Shown in pieces: positions 49,275 to 59,259 of a stretch of DNA of 64,000 nucleotides. The stretch covers positions 384,001 through 448,000 of the forward strand of contig CAWDVR010000003.1 of NCBI GenBank assembly GCA_963805975.1, given 5' to 3'. The notes beneath the pieces were generated by a model. It was given only the letters and a program-made list of their open reading frames with translations. It searched no databases and was not told the DNA's origin. The position numbers were made by a program, and so were the translations under genes. Source of the stretch: an uncultured Acidobacteriota bacterium. GTDB taxonomy: Bacteria > Acidobacteriota > Thermoanaerobaculia > Multivoradales > SZUA-115. Positions within the stretch are counted from its first letter, which is position 1. Every line of letters begins with the position of its first letter.

Positions 49275-51725
49275 TCACTCTGCCCGGAGCGCCGCCTGCG
49301 GGTCCGTGGCCAGGGCGCGGCGGGCGGGGAGCCAGGCCGCGGCCACGGCGGTGGCGGCGAGGAGCACCACGGCGGCGAGGAAGGCCGCGAGGTCGGTGGC
49401 TTCGAGGCCGCCGATAGCCCCGGCCACGAGCGGCACGGCCGGCAGGCTCAGGAGGAGCCCAGCGCCGGCACCGAGGGCGGCCAGCCGAAGGCCGTCTCCC
49501 AGGATCAGGCGGAGGACATCGCGTGGCGTGGCGCCCAGGGCGATCCGCACCCCGAGCTCGCGGCCACGGCGTGCCACGAGCTGGGCCATCAATCCGTAGA
49601 GACCGACCGCCGCCAGCACCAGACCCAGCCCGCCGAACCCCGAGAGCAGGCCACTCACGCTGCGCTGCTTGTCGTTGCGCAGGGCGGCGAGCGCTTCGAG
49701 AGTGGTGGTCTCGAAGACCGGGAGCTGCGGATCGATCGCCGTGACGAGCTTCTTCAGCGTTGGCAGGGCACCGGCGGGATCGCCGTCCACCCGTACCAGG
49801 AGCGTGGTGCGGCCGAGCACCGAGCGTTGCGCGAGCGGCAGGTAGACGAAGGGAGGCGGGTCCTCGGTGGCCTCGTCGTAGCGCGCGTCGGCGGCCACCC
49901 CCACCACCTCCACCAGGCTGCCACCGGCGCCGTCCAGCCGCAGGCGCTGGCCCACGGCATCTTCGCCGCCGAAGAGCCTCTCGGCGGCCGTTCGGTTGAG
50001 GATCGCGACCCCCGGTTCCTGGGGCCCGTCCGCCGGGGTGAAGTCCCGGCCGGTGAGCAGCGGCAGCTCGAGGGTGCGGAAGTAGCCCGGCGCAACACCG
50101 TTGAGGAAACCGGTCATACCTTCGCGGTCCGGGTCGGCCGCGGTCTCGGTGCCGACCCAGGTGCCCACCATCATGCCGGAGAGCGGTGCCAGGTTCGCGG
50201 CGCTCGCCGAGACCACCGCCGGCAAGGCCTCGATGCGCTCCAGCGCCTCGCCGAAGAAGCCCTGGCGCTCGGCCGGGGTGTAGCCCTGGAGCTCGAGGTC
50301 GAAGGTCAGGGCCGCGACACCCTCCGGCCGGAAGCCCAGGTCGGCCGCCGCGGCCCGCCCCAGGGCTCCGAGGCAGAGTCCGGCCACCGAGAGCAGCACG
50401 AGCGAGAAGGCGAGCTGCGCCACCACCAGCGCTCTCCCGAGCCGCGAGCGCGACGCGGCACCGGCGGCCGCCAGGCTCGCCCGCGGCGCGGCGCGGGTGG
50501 CGGAGAGCGCCGGTGCCAGGCCCGCGAGCAGGGCCGAGACCACCGCGATTCCCAGGGTGAAGGCGAGGAGCCGTGGGCCGCTCGCTGGCTCGAGATCACC
50601 GACCTCGGAGGCCGGCAGCAAGGCGAGCAGGAGGTCCGCGGACCAGGTGGCGGCGAGGAGGCCCAGCGCGCCGCCCAGGACCGCGAGCAGCAGGCTCTCG
50701 CCCAGGAGCTCCCGCACCAGCCGGCCGCGCCCGGCGCCGAGGGCCAGGCGGACGCGGATCTCCTGGCCGCGGCCGAGCCCGCGCGCCAGCAGCAGATTGG
50801 CCACGTTCGAGCAGGCGATCAGCAGGACCAGGGCCGCCACTGCCGCCACCAGCCCGGCGAGCGGCAGCAGCTCGCCGCGCGCTTCGGGCGGCAGGCCGCC
50901 CAGCGCCGGCGTGAGCTGCACAGTTCGCCGCTCGTGGCTCTCCGGGTGCTCCAGCGCGATGTTCGCGGCCACGGCACCGAGGGCGGCGCGGGCCCGCTCG
51001 AGCGGGACTCCCGGAGCGAGGCGCCCCACCGACCGGAGCCACGAGGAGCCGCGCGCCGAGAGCGCCCCCGCATTGCCAGGCATCGCGGCCTCGGCCATGG
51101 CGAGCGGCACCCAGAGATCGGCGGCGCGACCGAGCTCCGGGCCGCGGAAGCCGGCCGGCGCCACGCCCACCACGGTGACGTCGTGCCGGTTGAGCACGAT
51201 CGTCCTGCCCACCACGTTCGGGTCGGCGCCGTAGCGCGTGCGCCACAGCCGGTCGGAGAGCACCACCACCGGGTGCGCACCGGGCGTCGTGTCCTCGACG
51301 GGGAGGAAAAAGCGCCCCAGCGCCGGGCGCACACCCAGCACCTCGAAGTAGTTGCCGGACGCGGCGTGACCGGAGATCCGTACCGGCTCGCCATCCCCGC
51401 CGAGGGCCCCGCTGAGAGACAGGGGCACCGCGTCGAAGGCGGCGAGGCCGCTCCACACTCCGTCGACCCCGCGGAAGTCCAGGTAGTCGGGGTAGGACAG
51501 CCCGCCCGGCCGCGCGCGGTACTGCCAGGCGGCGGAGACCCACACCAGCTCGTCGCCCGCCCGGACACCGGGGAGCGGCGAGAACAGCACCCCGGAGAGC
51601 AGCGCAAAGAGGGTCGAGTTGACCCCGATGCCGAGCGCCAGCACCAGCGCCGCGGCGGCGGTGAAGGCGGGCCGTCGGGCGAGCGAGCGCCAGGCGAAGC
51701 GGAGGTTCGACGGGGTGATGGTCAT
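49275..51725 (-). CDS. ADOP-type ABC transporter permease
   Basis: LALGIGVNS, ACSNVANLLL, RELGVRIALGA, DPQAALRAE. Confidence 0.92.
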   Translation of the reverse strand: MTITPSNLRFAWRSLARRPAFTAAAALVLALGIGVNSTLFALLSGVLFSPLPGVRAGDELVWVSAAWQYRARPGGLSYPDYLDFRGVDGVWSGLAAFDAVPLSLSGALGGDGEPVRISGHAASGNYFEVLGVRPALGRFFLPVEDTTPGAHPVVVLSDRLWRTRYGADPNVVGRTIVLNRHDVTVVGVAPAGFRGPELGRAADLWVPLAMAEAAMPGNAGALSARGSSWLRSVGRLAPGVPLERARAALGAVAANIALEHPESHERRTVQLTPALGGLPPEARGELLPLAGLVAAVAALVLLIACSNVANLLLARGLGRGQEIRVRLALGAGRGRLVRELLGESLLLAVLGGALGLLAATWSADLLLALLPASEVGDLEPASGPRLLAFTLGIAVVSALLAGLAPALSATRAAPRASLAAAGAASRSRLGRALVVAQLAFSLVLLSVAGLCLGALGRAAAADLGFRPEGVAALTFDLELQGYTPAERQGFFGEALERIEALPAVVSASAANLAPLSGMMVGTWVGTETAADPDREGMTGFLNGVAPGYFRTLELPLLTGRDFTPADGPQEPGVAILNRTAAERLFGGEDAVGQRLRLDGAGGSLVEVVGVAADARYDEATEDPPPFVYLPLAQRSVLGRTTLLVRVDGDPAGALPTLKKLVTAIDPQLPVFETTTLEALAALRNDKQRSVSGLLSGFGGLGLVLAAVGLYGLMAQLVARRGRELGVRIALGATPRDVLRLILGDGLRLAALGAGAGLLLSLPAVPLVAGAIGGLEATDLAAFLAAVVLLAATAVAAAWLPARRALATDPQAALRAE

Positions 51726-51734
51726 CTCTCGCCC

Positions 51735-54224
51735 TCACTCGCTCTTGAGTACGCGCATCGGCTCGAGGCGCGTGGCCCGCCGCGCCGGCAGGTAGCAGGC
51801 GACGAGGCCCACTACCCCGAGCAGCACGGTGACGGCCGCGAAGGTCCGCGGATCGGTGGGGGAGACCCCGTAGAGCAGGCTCGCGATGGCGCGCGACAGG
51901 ACGAGGGCGCCGGCCAGGCCCGCGGCGAGGCCGGCCCCCACCACCGCCAGGCCGTGCCGGGTCACCATGCCGAGGACTTGCTTGCGCTCGGCGCCGAGCG
52001 CCATGCGGATGCCGATCTCCCGGCTGCGCTGGGCCACGGCGTAGGCCAGCACGCCGTAGAGGCCGAGCGCCGCGAGCGTCACCGCGATGGCGGCGAAGAC
52101 GCCCAGGAGCAGGGCGCCGAAGCGGGCCTGCGACAGGCTCTCTCCCGAGCGCTGCTGCATGGTCTTGAGGTCGAAGAGCGGGAGGTCACGGTTGAGAGCG
52201 CCGATCTCGGTGCGGATGGCCGGCACCAGGGCGAGCGGCGTGGTGTGGGCCTTGACGAAGACGTGGGTGGTCGGCGAGCCGTACTGCAGCACGGGCACGT
52301 AGATCTCCGCCTTGACCGCTTCCGAGGGCGGGCCGTAGCGCACGTCGCCCACGATGCCAACCACTTCGCCCAACTGGTCGTCCCGGAACATGCCGATGCC
52401 CACCGCCATCCGCTTGCCGAGCGCCGGCTCGCCGGGGAAGAGCTGCACCGCGGCCTTGCGATTGAGGATCACCGCGAGCGGCGCGCCCCGGCGGTCGGCG
52501 CTGCCGAAGGCCCGGCCTTCGAGGAGGGGGATGCCAAGGGTGCGGAAGTAGTCCGTGCCGATCATGTGCACGCCGATCGGGATCATGTCGCTGTCGGCGA
52601 TCGGCGGCCTGCCCTCGAGGGCGGTGACCACCGAGGCGGGGCAGCGGCTGGAGAGCGGCGTGCAGCGGTCGAAGGAGACCGCCGCCACCCCCGGCAGCGC
52701 GCCCAGGCGCTCGGAGAGCGACTCGAAGAAAGCAGTCGTGCCGGGGCCGTCGTACTCGCCCTCGGGCGGTTGCAGCCGGAAGGTGAGGACGTTGCTGCCG
52801 TCGAAGCCCACGTCCTCGCGCGCCAGGAGCGAGAAGGTACGGAGCATCAGCCCGGCGCCCACCAGCAGCACCAGCGCCACCGCCACCTGGCCCGCGACCA
52901 GGAGGTTCCTCGGCGTCAGGCCGCCGCGAAAGCCGGCGGTGCTGGCGGCGGCCTGGCGCATGGCGGCGCCGAGGTCACGGCGGGCGGCGTGCACCGCCGG
53001 CAGCAGGCCGAAGACCAGCGCCACGGCGACCGATACCGCGAAGGTGAAGAGGAGAACCCGGGCGTCGACGTGAATCGACCCGAGATCGAGGAAATGGCCG
53101 GCGAGGAGCCCGGCGCTCGCCGAGCGCGCCGGGGCGATCCAGGCCAGCGCCTCGATCCCCCAGAGCGGCAGCAGGAGGCCCGCGAGGCCGCCCAGCACCG
53201 ACAGCACCAGGCTCTCGGTCAAGAGCTGGCGGACCAGCCGCCCGCGCTGCCCGCCGAGCGCCGCGCGCACCGCCATCTCGTGGCGCCGCGCGGTGGCCCG
53301 CGCCATCAGGAGGCTCGAGATCGAGGCGCAGGCGATGAGCAGCACGAAGCCCACGGCGCCCATCAGCACCACCACCGAGGTGGCGAGCGCACGGTCCTGG
53401 CGCGCCGTCCGGAACGGCACCGTCTGCGCGCCCCAGGCGCTGCCGTCGCTCCTCGGCGAGGGGTGCGCCTCGGCCACGCGGCGGCCGGCGGCCACCACCG
53501 CCTCCGCGGCCTGCTCCGGGCTGACCCCCGGCTTCAGCCGGCCGACCACGGCCAGCCAGTGCATCCAGCGCTCCTCGAACACCTCGGGGTAGATCAGCTC
53601 GCCCGCCATCGCCACCGGCACCCACAGCTCGGCTTCGCCGGAGAGCCCGCGCACCCCCGGTGCCAGCACGCCGAGCACGGTGAGCGGCCGGCGGTTGATG
53701 GTGATCGTCTTGCCGACCAGCGCCGGGTCGCCGCCGAAGCGCCGCTTCCAGAGGGAGTGGCTCAGCACCACCACCGGCGTCTTGGCCGGCGCCGTGTCCT
53801 CCTCCTCGGTGTAGAGCCGGCCGTGGGAGGTCTTCAGGCCGAGCAGCGGGAAGTACGAGGCGGTGGCGATCTCGGCGCGCAGTCGCTCCGGCTCGCCGGC
53901 GCCGGTCAGCGTGGTGTCGATGGTGTCGAAGGCGGCGAGCGACTCGAAGGCGCGGTCCACTTCGCGGAGCGTCATGAACTTGGCGTATGACCAGGGTGCC
54001 TCGCGGCGCGGCTCCGAGGGGCGGTCGACCGTCATCTCCAGCACCGCGATGCGGTCCGGCTCGGGGTAGGGCGGGTCCCTGAGGAGCGTCTGGTCGAGGA
54101 TCGAGAACATCGTCGCGTTGGCGCCGATCCCCAGGGCGAGCGTGGCCACGGCCACCAGCGTGAAGCCCGGGCTCTTCAACAGCAGGCGGACGGCGAGGCG
54201 GAGGTCGGAAAGGAAAGTCGTCAT
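51735..54224 (-). CDS. ADOP-type ABC transporter permease
   Basis: TLALGIGANATMFS, REIGIRMALGA, PARRATRLEP. Confidence 0.93.
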   Translation of the reverse strand: MTTFLSDLRLAVRLLLKSPGFTLVAVATLALGIGANATMFSILDQTLLRDPPYPEPDRIAVLEMTVDRPSEPRREAPWSYAKFMTLREVDRAFESLAAFDTIDTTLTGAGEPERLRAEIATASYFPLLGLKTSHGRLYTEEEDTAPAKTPVVVLSHSLWKRRFGGDPALVGKTITINRRPLTVLGVLAPGVRGLSGEAELWVPVAMAGELIYPEVFEERWMHWLAVVGRLKPGVSPEQAAEAVVAAGRRVAEAHPSPRSDGSAWGAQTVPFRTARQDRALATSVVVLMGAVGFVLLIACASISSLLMARATARRHEMAVRAALGGQRGRLVRQLLTESLVLSVLGGLAGLLLPLWGIEALAWIAPARSASAGLLAGHFLDLGSIHVDARVLLFTFAVSVAVALVFGLLPAVHAARRDLGAAMRQAAASTAGFRGGLTPRNLLVAGQVAVALVLLVGAGLMLRTFSLLAREDVGFDGSNVLTFRLQPPEGEYDGPGTTAFFESLSERLGALPGVAAVSFDRCTPLSSRCPASVVTALEGRPPIADSDMIPIGVHMIGTDYFRTLGIPLLEGRAFGSADRRGAPLAVILNRKAAVQLFPGEPALGKRMAVGIGMFRDDQLGEVVGIVGDVRYGPPSEAVKAEIYVPVLQYGSPTTHVFVKAHTTPLALVPAIRTEIGALNRDLPLFDLKTMQQRSGESLSQARFGALLLGVFAAIAVTLAALGLYGVLAYAVAQRSREIGIRMALGAERKQVLGMVTRHGLAVVGAGLAAGLAGALVLSRAIASLLYGVSPTDPRTFAAVTVLLGVVGLVACYLPARRATRLEPMRVLKSE

Positions 54225-54233
54225 CGGTAGCTC

Positions 54234-56729
54234 CTACTCGCCTCGCAGCACGTTCATGGGGTCGAGGCGCGTGGCGCGCCGCGCCGGCAGGTAGCAGGCG
54301 AGGAAGGCGACGCCGCCGAGGAGCAGGGTGACCACGGCGAAAGTGGCGGGATCGGTGGGCGATACGCCGTAGAGCAGGCTCTCGACCGCGCGCGTCAGGG
54401 CGAGAGCTCCGGCCAGGCCCGCCGCGAGACCGATCCCCGTCACCGTGAGGCCGTGGCGGGTGACCATGGCCAGCACCTGCCGCCGCTCGGCGCCGAGCGC
54501 CATGCGGATGCCGAGCTCGCGGCTCCGCTCACCGACCATGAAGGAGAGCACACCGTAGAGGCCGAGCGCGGCGAGGGTGATGGCGATGGCGGCGAACAGG
54601 CCCAGCAGCAGGGCGCGGAAACGGGCCTGCGACAGGCTGTCGCCGAGCCGCTGCTCCAGCGTCCGCAGATCGAAGAGCGGCAGGTTGGGATCGAGCGCGG
54701 CGATCTCCCGGCGGATCGCCGGCACCAGCGCGAGCGGCGCGCTCCCGGCCTTCACCAGCACGGTAGTCGAGGCCGACGCGTACTGCATCGCGTGCACGTA
54801 GACGTCCGGCCGCGCCGGCTCGGAGGCCGCGCCGTACGGCACGTCGCCCACCACACCGATCACCTCGGCGTAGGCGTCCTTGTCGCCGAACATCCCGATG
54901 CCGACCCGGATGCGCTGCCCGAGCGTGGTCTCGCCGGGGAACAGGCGTTGCGCCGCGGTCTGGTTGAGGATCGCCACCAGCGGCGCCCCCCGCGCGTCGG
55001 CGCGGGCGAAGCCGCGGCCGGCGACGAGCGGGATCGAGAGCAGGCGGAAGTACTCCCGCCCCACGGAGTGGACGCCGACCCGCACCGCCTCCGGGTGGGC
55101 GATCGGCGGCCGGCCGGCGACGGCGGTGACGCGCGAGCCGTCGCAAAGGCTGGAGAGCGGCGTGCAGCGGTTGACCGCCACCGCCTCCACCCCCGGTATC
55201 GCGCCCAGGCGCTCGGAGAGCGCTTCGATGAAGGGTGCCGCCTGCTCGGACGTGTACGCGCCGGTGGGCGGGTCGAGGCGGAAGGTGAGGACGTTCCTGG
55301 CGTCGAAACCGAGATCCTTGCTCGCCAGACGGGCGAAGGTCTCGATCATCAGCCCGGCGCCCACCAGCAGCACCAGGGCGAAGGCCACCTGCCCGGCCAC
55401 CAGCAGGTTGCGGGGGGTGAAGCCGGCGCGAAAGCCGGCGGCGCTCTGGCCGCTCGACTGGCGTAGCGGGGCCACGAGGTCGCGCCGCGAGGCGTGGAGG
55501 GCCGGCAGCAGGCCGAAGACCACGGCCACCCCGGTCGACAGCGCGAAGGTGAAGGCGAGCAGCCGGCCGTCGACCTGGACCGCGGCGAGATCCAGGAAGT
55601 GGCCGGCGAGGATGCCGGCGTTGGCCGAGCGCGTGGGCGCGAGGGCGGCCATCGCCTCCACGCCCCAGAGCGGGAAGAGAAGGCCGGCCGCGCCCCCCAA
55701 GAGGGCGAGCACCAGGCTCTCGGTCAGGAGCTGGCCGACCAGCCGCGCACGGCGCCCGCCGAGCGCCGCGCGCACCGTCATCTCGTGGCGGCGGGCGGTG
55801 GCCCGCGCCAGCAGCAGGTTCGAGATCGAGGCGCAGGCGATGAGCAGCACGAAGCCCACGGCGGCCATCAGCACCAGCACCGAGGTGGCGAGCGCGCGAT
55901 CGGTGCGCGCGGCCTCGAACGAGGTGAGCTGGGCGCCCCACCGCGCCGCGTCCTCGAACGGCGCCGGGTAGGCCTCGTCCACCCGCCGGCCTTCTGCCGC
56001 CAGGGCTTCCCGGGCCTGCTCGAAGCTGAGGCCGGGCTTGATGCGGCCGACCGCGGTCAGCCAATGGGACCAGTGGTCCTCGAAGACCTGGGGGTAGTAG
56101 AGCTCGCCGGCGAGAGTGAGCGGCACCCAGAAGTCGGCCTCACCCGACAGGCCGCGGAAGCCCGGCTGGGCCACGCCGAGCACGGTGAGCGGCTTGCGGT
56201 TCAGGGTGATCGTCTTGCCGGCGACCGCCGGATCCCCGCCGAATCGGCGCTTCCAGAGGCCGTGCCCCAGCACCACCACCGGCGAGCGGCCGGGCACCGC
56301 GTCCTCCGCCTCGGAGTACGTGCGGCCCACGACGGCCGTGATTCCCAGGAGCGGGAAGTAGGCGGCGGCAGCGATCTCGCCGCGCACGCGCTCCGGTTCG
56401 CCGGTGCCACTCAGCGTGGCGTCGATGGCGTCGAACGCGGCGAGCGGCTCGAACGCTTGGTCGATCTCCCGCAGGGTGACGAATTTCGAATAGGACCAGG
56501 GCATCACGTCCCGCGGCTGGCCTGCGGGCTCGGCGGTGACCTCGAGCAGAGCCAGCCGCCCGGGCTCGGGATAGGGTGGGGCCTTGAGCAGCGCGTGGTC
56601 GATGATCGAGAACATCGTCGCGTTGGCACCGATCCCCAGGGCGAGCGTGGCCACGGCCACCAGCGTGAAGCCGGGGCTCTTGGCGAGCAGGCGGACGGCC
56701 AGGCGGAGGTCGGAGAAGAAGGTCGTCAT
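54234..56729 (-). CDS. ADOP-type ABC transporter permease (close paralog of the downstream gene)
   Basis: Starts MTTFFSDLRLAVRLL after GGAGGAG; same motifs as the neighbouring permease. Confidence 0.93.
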   Translation of the reverse strand: MTTFFSDLRLAVRLLAKSPGFTLVAVATLALGIGANATMFSIIDHALLKAPPYPEPGRLALLEVTAEPAGQPRDVMPWSYSKFVTLREIDQAFEPLAAFDAIDATLSGTGEPERVRGEIAAAAYFPLLGITAVVGRTYSEAEDAVPGRSPVVVLGHGLWKRRFGGDPAVAGKTITLNRKPLTVLGVAQPGFRGLSGEADFWVPLTLAGELYYPQVFEDHWSHWLTAVGRIKPGLSFEQAREALAAEGRRVDEAYPAPFEDAARWGAQLTSFEAARTDRALATSVLVLMAAVGFVLLIACASISNLLLARATARRHEMTVRAALGGRRARLVGQLLTESLVLALLGGAAGLLFPLWGVEAMAALAPTRSANAGILAGHFLDLAAVQVDGRLLAFTFALSTGVAVVFGLLPALHASRRDLVAPLRQSSGQSAAGFRAGFTPRNLLVAGQVAFALVLLVGAGLMIETFARLASKDLGFDARNVLTFRLDPPTGAYTSEQAAPFIEALSERLGAIPGVEAVAVNRCTPLSSLCDGSRVTAVAGRPPIAHPEAVRVGVHSVGREYFRLLSIPLVAGRGFARADARGAPLVAILNQTAAQRLFPGETTLGQRIRVGIGMFGDKDAYAEVIGVVGDVPYGAASEPARPDVYVHAMQYASASTTVLVKAGSAPLALVPAIRREIAALDPNLPLFDLRTLEQRLGDSLSQARFRALLLGLFAAIAITLAALGLYGVLSFMVGERSRELGIRMALGAERRQVLAMVTRHGLTVTGIGLAAGLAGALALTRAVESLLYGVSPTDPATFAVVTLLLGGVAFLACYLPARRATRLDPMNVLRGE

Positions 56730-56773
56730 GAGACTCTCCTCCGCGCGGAGGCTGCGCGGTTGGCCGGCGGAGG

Positions 56774-56789
56774 AGCAAGCGGTGTGCCG
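56774..56789 (-). promoter_or_regulatory. Putative sigma-54 -24/-12 promoter of the permease operon
   Basis: Minus strand CGGCACACCGCTTGCT = GG-N10-GC, 45 nt upstream of the ATG. Confidence 0.65.
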
Positions 56790-56841
56790 TCGGGAGCGAG
56801 CGCGCGGATTCGCGGCACGACGGTGGTTGGGGCCGCGCCCG

Positions 56842-56880
56842 CGCTCCGGTTCCGGGCACCGGCAGTCCCGGAAGCGGACA
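56842..56880. promoter_or_regulatory. Putative tandem enhancer-binding-protein sites
   Basis: Minus strand TGTCCGCTTCCGGGACT and TGCCCGGAACCGGAGCG, 22 nt apart. Confidence 0.45.
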
Positions 56881-56954
56881 TGGCTTTGTTGACAGCGACG
56901 AGCGGGCCGGGAAATAGTGCGCCGAGTTTCGAGATCCCTTTCCCGGAGGTGCCT

Positions 56955-57899
56955 GTGAGCGAGCTCCTCGACGTGGCCGAGACCCCGGACGCGGAACAGG
57001 CCGAGGCGACGCCTGCCGGCGGGCCGGCGGCGCCGCGGCGGCCGAAGATCCGCGACATGGAAGGCGTGGTGACGGAGGTCATTGTCGAGACCGCCGACTC
57101 CGCCACTGTCGTGCTCTTCACCGGTAACGAGCCGCTCGACTACTGGCCCGGTCACTTCCTCACCCTCCGGCCGCACCAGTTCCCGGCCCTCCAGCGCTTC
57201 GTCGCCTACTTCGAGGACGTGAAGGGCCGGGCCGAGCCGCCGCGCGCCTACTCCATGGCCTCGGCGCCGCACGAGAAGTACCTCGCCTTCACCATCAAGG
57301 AAGAGCTCTACGTGAGCGGCGCGACCAAGTACCCGCCGTTGATGTCGCCTTTCCTCACCTACCGCCTGAAGCCGGGCACGCGCCTCGAGTTCACCGGCTT
57401 CGGCGGGCCGTACGTGATGCCGCACGACATCGAGTCCCGCACCGACCACCTGGTGCACATCTGCGCCGGCTCCGGCATCGTGCCCAACTTCAGCATCCTC
57501 AAGCACGCGCTGGTCACGGGCATGAAGCTCCGCCACACGCTGATCTACGGCAACAAGACCTGGGACGACATCATCTTCCGCGACGCGCTCCGCGACCTCG
57601 AGCGCCGCTACCCGGACCGGCTGACCATCCACCACGCCATCTCCCGCGAGAAGGACGTGGCCCGCCACGGCCCCCACGTGCGCACCGGCCGCGTCGGCCT
57701 CGAGATGATCCGCGAGCTGGTCCCCGATCCCTCGGCCATCGAGATCTTCACCTGCGGCCCCGGCCTCACGAAGTTCGACAAAGAAGCCGCCCGGGAGAAA
57801 GGCGAAGCACCCACCCCGAGGTTTCTGGAGACCGTGCTCGAAGCGGTGAAAGAGATCGGCGTGCCCAAGCAGAAGGTCCACCGCGAGGCGTACGGGTAG
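56955..57899 (+). CDS. FNR-like FAD/NAD(P)-binding oxidoreductase
   Basis: RAYSMAS, ICAGSGIVP, LIYGNK, CGP; GTG after GGAGG. Confidence 0.88.
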   Translation: MSELLDVAETPDAEQAEATPAGGPAAPRRPKIRDMEGVVTEVIVETADSATVVLFTGNEPLDYWPGHFLTLRPHQFPALQRFVAYFEDVKGRAEPPRAYSMASAPHEKYLAFTIKEELYVSGATKYPPLMSPFLTYRLKPGTRLEFTGFGGPYVMPHDIESRTDHLVHICAGSGIVPNFSILKHALVTGMKLRHTLIYGNKTWDDIIFRDALRDLERRYPDRLTIHHAISREKDVARHGPHVRTGRVGLEMIRELVPDPSAIEIFTCGPGLTKFDKEAAREKGEAPTPRFLETVLEAVKEIGVPKQKVHREAYG

Positions 57900-57933
57900 G
57901 CGCCCCGCACTCTGGTGGCCTAAGGGGGGTGGC

Positions 57934-58227
57934 CTACGGCCGGGCCTGCATCCAGCGGCTCACTGCCTCGGCGATTCGCTCGACCCCGAGGTCGAGGCGG
58001 ATGGCCTTCAGGTCGCCGGCGAGCCGGTCGAAAGTGAGGTCTGCGGGTTCGCCGGTCGAGCCCCCGCCTCCCCGCAGGTCGACGTAGACGAGCCGCAGGC
58101 CGTCGCTCAGTTGGGGCGGCGTGAGGCGCTCGTACGGCCGCGTGCCGATGGCACTCAGGACCAGGCACGTGGGCCCGGTGCCGCGGGTCGAGTAGAAGAG
58201 GTCGGCGCCCTGGACGGAGACGATCAT
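57934..58227 (-). pseudogene. Alpha/beta hydrolase remnant with internal deletion
   Basis: LFYSTRGTGP, YVDLRGGGGS, DLKAIRLDLGVERI joined directly to AEAVSRWM; no GxSxG. Confidence 0.75.
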
Positions 58228-59186
58228 CAGAGCCCGGACTGCCGCTCGCTGGTCTCGATCACCGCCGCCTCCCGCGCCTGCCGCCGGTTGGCGATCCACG
58301 ACGCCACGATGGCGATGGCGAGGAGGGTCACGATCACCCCGAGCGAGACCAGGATCGGGATCTTCACCCACTCGACGATCACCATCTTGACGCCGACGAA
58401 GGTGAGGATCGCCGACAGCGCCGGCTTCAGATACACGAACTTGCTCACCGCGCCGGAGAGCAGGAAGTAGAGCGAGCGCAGGCCGAGGATGGCGAAGATG
58501 TTCGAGGTGAAGACGATGAACGGGTCGCGGGTCACCGCGAAGATGGCCGGGATCGAGTCGACGGCGAAGATGAGGTCCGTGATCTCGACCAGCACCAGGA
58601 CCAGGAAGAGCGGCGTCGCCGCCCACTTGCCGGCCTCGCGGACGAAGAAGCTCGCGCCGTGGAACTCGCGGGTCACCGGCAGCACGCGGCGCACGAGCTT
58701 CAGCACCGGGTTCTTGGTGGGGTCGATCTCCTCGTCGCGGGAGAGGAACATCTTGACGCCGGTGAGGATCAGGAAGCCGCCGAAGATGTAGATCACCCAG
58801 TGGAAGCTCGCGAGGAGCGCGGAGCCGGCGCCGATCATCGTGCCGCGCATCAGCAGCGCGCCGAGGATGCCCCAGAAGAGCACCCGGTGCTGGTGGATCG
58901 CCGGCACCGCGAAGAAGCTGAAGATCAGCACGAAGACGAACATGTTGTCGACCGAGAGCGACTGCTCGATCACGTAGCCGGTGAGGAACTCGAGCCCGGC
59001 CTGGGGCCCGCGGAAGACGTAGAGGCCGGCGCCGAAGATCACGGCCAGGGTCATCCATACCCCGACCCAGACCGCGGCCTCCTTGACCTTCACCACGTGC
59101 GCTTTGCGGTGGAAGACGCCGAGATCCAGCGCCAGCATGGAGACGACGAAGAGGAGGAACAGAACCCACGGCCAGACGCCTACCAT
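58227..59186 (-). CDS. TerC/Alx-family membrane protein (probable Mn exporter)
   Basis: EQSLSVDNMFVF, QHRVLFWGILGAL, TDLIFAVDSIPAIFA, TSNIFAILGLRSLYF. Confidence 0.95.
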   Translation of the reverse strand: MVGVWPWVLFLLFVVSMLALDLGVFHRKAHVVKVKEAAVWVGVWMTLAVIFGAGLYVFRGPQAGLEFLTGYVIEQSLSVDNMFVFVLIFSFFAVPAIHQHRVLFWGILGALLMRGTMIGAGSALLASFHWVIYIFGGFLILTGVKMFLSRDEEIDPTKNPVLKLVRRVLPVTREFHGASFFVREAGKWAATPLFLVLVLVEITDLIFAVDSIPAIFAVTRDPFIVFTSNIFAILGLRSLYFLLSGAVSKFVYLKPALSAILTFVGVKMVIVEWVKIPILVSLGVIVTLLAIAIVASWIANRRQAREAAVIETSERQSGL

Positions 59187-59210
59187 GTGGAAGCTCTCCA
59201 GCCGGGCCGT

Positions 59211-59259
59211 GGAAAGAAAAAGGCGAGACCACGTCCCGAGGATCGTGGTGGTCTCGCCT
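59211..59259 (-). terminator. Intrinsic terminator of the riboswitch expression platform
   Basis: Minus strand AGGCGAGACCAC-N15-GTGGTCTCGCCT followed by TTTTCTTT. Confidence 0.8.

Noticed and set aside
49827-53990. 1387-aa plus-strand ORF
   Set aside because: Antisense shadow of the ADOP permeases; Arg/Gly/Ala-rich with no motifs, as expected at this GC content.
56889-56918. TTGACA as a sigma-70 promoter for the oxidoreductase
   Set aside because: The -35 is perfect but the -10 is weak (AATAGT at 18 nt); not enough support to list as a feature.
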